A DNA stretch of 64,000 bases from Mobula birostris (taxonomy: Eukaryota). Location: NCBI RefSeq assembly GCF_030028105.1, contig NC_092374.1, positions 95,392,718 through 95,456,717 on the forward strand, written 5' to 3'. Positions 60,966 through 64,000 of this stretch are shown here, in pieces. The notes under the pieces were generated by a model. The model searched no databases, was not told the origin of the DNA, and saw only the letters and a program-made list of their open reading frames with translations. The first letter of the stretch is position 1, and each line of letters begins with the position of its first letter. The position numbers and the translations under genes were made by a program.

Positions 60966-61145
60966 CTTCCTCTGATCTTCTGCACTAGGAACTTTATTTG
61001 ATGTGGATGAGATTTTTTTTCCCTTAAGGTATAGGCTAGAATAGATCTAGGAGCAAATCACTGTCTGTAGCAGTGGTCCCCACAGTTATGTGACACTGGA
61101 ATTATATACAAAAGTCATTGGCAAACAAAAGGGCAACATGTATAC

Positions 61146-61725
61146 TAAACATAAGAGATTCTGCAGATACTGGAAATCCAGAGCAACACACACACAAAAT
61201 GCTGGGGGAACTCAGCAGGTCAGGCAGCGTCAATGGAGGGAAAAAAACAGTTGATATTATGGGTCGAGACTCCTTGTCAGGACTTGAAAGGAGGGGGAAG
61301 AAGCCGGAATAAGGTGGGAAAGGGGAGGGTGTACAAGTTGACAGGTAAGACCAGGTGAGGGAGAAAGTGGGTGTGTGGGGGAAGGGGGGGATGATGTGAG
61401 AAGCTGGGGAGTGATAGATGGAAGAGGTGAAGGGCTGAAGAAGAAAGAATCCGACAGGAGAGTAAGGTCTACCATGGGAGATAGGGAAGGAGGAGAGGAA
61501 TCAGATGAAGGGAAGGGGCTAAGGGGGCAGCCAGAATGGGGAATGGAAAAATAAAGAAGGGGGAAAGAGAAATTACTGTAAGTTCAATATTTATATGGGG
61601 TGTTGCTCCTCCAACCGGAGAGTGGCCTTATCGTGGCAGTAGAGGAGGCTGTGGACAGACATATTGGAATGGGAATGGGAAGTACAATTAGAAAAGGTGG
61701 TCAGTGGCAAATCCCACCTTTAGAG
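61146..61725 (-). mobile_element. Penelope 3' end/pLTR
   Basis: pLTR terminus aaacataagagattctgcag; GIY-YIG C-terminal remnant near 61600. Confidence 0.75.
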
Positions 61726-62109
61726 GCCTCTGCAGTCTCCAGAAGTTCAACATGTATGTAGATATATGTCAGTTCAAGATGCAACACGTTTAATTTCCTT
61801 TCTACTATGCAAGTGTAAAGGAGAATTAGTTAATAGTTACTCCCAATCCGATGCCTCAAATTAAAGCACAATAAGATAAAGAACACAATAAATATAAACA
61901 CATAAGATAGCTTACAGTATACACATAGATTGATTGTGCGTTCATAAAGTGATACTAGGCACAGGGGTTTCCGTACACAAGGTGACTGACAGGAAATGAC
62001 AAAGTAGTGGTGGTAGGGGGAGTGGAGGGGTGGGGTAGTGGGTGGAGGTGTTGGGGAAAGTAGCTGTTTTTGAGTCTGATAGTCCTGGTGTGGATGTAGC
62101 CTCCTCCCT

Positions 62110-62500
62110 GATGTCATCATCATCATCATGTGCCACGTCATATGACGTGGGCGTTCATGGTCTTTTTATAAACATGATTGTTCCTGGCAAATTTTTCTAC
62201 AGAAGAGGTTTTGTCATTGCCTTCTTCCGGACAGTGTCTTTACAAAGATGGGTGACCCCAGCCATTATCAATACTGTTCAGAGATTGTCTGCCTGGTGTC
62301 AGTGGTCACATAACCAGGACCTGTGATATTTGCACCAGCTGCTAATACGACCATACACCACCTGCTCCCAAGGCTTCACGTGATCCTGATCGGGGGGGCG
62401 GGGGGCTAAGCAGATGCTACACCTTGCCCAAGAGTGATCTGCAGGCTGGTGGAGTGAGGGAGCACCTTACACCTCCTTTGGTAGGGACGTATCACCACCC
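62110..62500 (-). mobile_element. Non-autonomous RTE-tail SINE-like element (family A), copy 3
   Basis: Homologous to 29365-29697; (ATG)n tail. Confidence 0.75.
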
Positions 62501-62789
62501 CACTGCCCAGCTCCCTAGTGGGAGGGACAAAAAAAATCCACGAGCAGGGTGGGTGTGATCTTTTGCAATATCGCCTGCTTTTCTGCGCACATTTCTGTCT
62601 ATATGTCCTTGATGGTGGGTAGACTGGTGTGGGTGACGCATTGGGCAGTTTCGACTGTCTGTTGTTGAGCCTCCCTGTCTGCCGCAGTGCAGTTTGCATA
62701 GCAGACAGTGATATGCCCTGCCCTGCCCATCTGTAGGAGGTCGTGAGTATGAACGGACACGGTCAAATCTAAAGGAGTAGCAGCAAAGG

Positions 62790-63112
62790 GACAGCACAGT
62801 AACAAAGCAGTTAGCAAAATGCTTTACAGCACCAGCAACCATAATCAGCGATCAGGGTTCAATTCCCGCTGCTGTCTATAAGAAGTTTGTACGTTCTCCC
62901 CGTGACTGTGTGGGTTCCCTCGGGGTGCTCCCATTTCCTCCCACGTTCCAGGGACATACGGTTAGGTTAGGGTCAGGGTTAGTAAGCTGTGGGCATGCTA
63001 CGTTGACGCTGGAAGCCTGGCAACACTTGCAGGCTGACCCAAACATAATCTGCAGACTGTGTTGGTCATTGACACAAAACAACGCACTTCGCTGTATGTT
63101 TCGACGTATTGA
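62790..63112 (+). mobile_element. HE1/V-SINE
   Basis: B box gggttcaattccc and V-domain. Confidence 0.82.
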
Positions 63113-63599
63113 TGTCGGTGGCCTCCGTTGGGTCAGGATCGACCATGGATGCTGCATCCTAACTGTCTAAATACGCGAGCCAGGGCAGTACGATACAGAG
63201 AGCAAGCTGTCGTCCATGTAGCAAGCTCCCCCTCTCCATGCATCTGATGAACCCAAAAGAATGGCATGGACCGATACAGTTTGGCACCAGAAGTGTCGCA
63301 GGGGTTGCCAGTCATTGTCGAACTCAATGTATGACTACCTTAGGGACTCCAGCTCTGGATTTTTCCTTGGAGTTTACTTCCAAATGCTTCTAAAGGGTAT
63401 AGATGCAAGGCAGCAGAGCTTTGAGATCAGAGTTTTCCTTCTCCTAGAAGAGCTGTTAACCATGGCTGAAGAGCCCCATCTGCCCGAAGCAGTTGGTTTT
63501 AAGGCGCCAATAAGGCACCTTTGCCCCTCCTCCTGTCAGTAGAAACAGTTTCGACTGGCTTAGTAGCTAAGTCACACATAAAGGCCAGGAGCCGGAATT

Positions 63600-63920
63600 T
63601 CCACACCACCTTCATATTCACACCGACCAGATCCAACACTTCTCTCACTTTTATCTCTCCATCTCAGAAGACAAACTGCCCATTGACTCTTATTATAAAC
63701 CCTCTGATTCCCACACCTTCTTAGAATACCCTAACTCTTGATAGGATGCTTGATTTCTTCCAGTTTCTCCGTCTCCACGCCAACTAGGAAAGATGAGGCC
63801 TTCCATTCTAGGCCACCTGAACTGTCCTCCATTTCAAAGAAGCATGGCTTGATGCAGACTTTTCTCATAATTCCTCTGTTTCACAGACTTGTGTTCTCAC
63901 CCCACCTCACTCTTGGGCAA
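63600..63920 (+). mobile_element. Penelope-like RT C-terminal (thumb) remnant
   Basis: SISEDKLPIDSYYKPSDSH...SQFLRLH..KDEAFHSR resembles PLE RT thumb motifs. Confidence 0.6.
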
Positions 63921-64000
63921 TGATTCCTAACCTTTTCTATGTCATGGACCCCTACCATTACCCGAGGGGGCTGCAGACCCTGGGTTGGGAACTCCAGGTC

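Overview
Repeat-dense vertebrate nuclear DNA. The repeat complement (HE1-type V-SINEs, CR1 and Rex1/Babar LINEs) points to an elasmobranch, probably a ray; this is inference. Three spliced host genes can be read by hand. (1) A complete ZNHIT1 on the minus strand, 5 coding exons, 11979-17059, 156 aa. (2) A complete, divergent ZP3/ZPC egg-coat gene on the minus strand, 9 exons, 20576-27765, 460 aa, with signal peptide, ZP module, external hydrophobic patch and transmembrane anchor. (3) The first coding exon of an ACAP-family ArfGAP on the plus strand (32806-32858, probably ACAP1), whose first intron appears to fill the rest of the window. Most other sequence is decayed CR1, Rex1/Babar, RTE and Tx1 LINEs, SINEs, one TIR DNA transposon, two tandem arrays and one assembly gap. 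The most notable non-annotated signal is a family of about 15 Penelope-like (GIY-YIG) terminal repeats carrying a minimal hammerhead ribozyme motif (consensus CAGUC-CUGAUGA-AGGGUCUCGGCCC-GAAAC-GUC-GACUG). Several are arranged as inverted pairs, one abuts a ZNHIT1 splice donor, and within ZNHIT1 and ACAP intact catalytic cores occur only antisense to the host pre-mRNA. Almost all ORFs in the supplied track are TE remnants or repeat artefacts.
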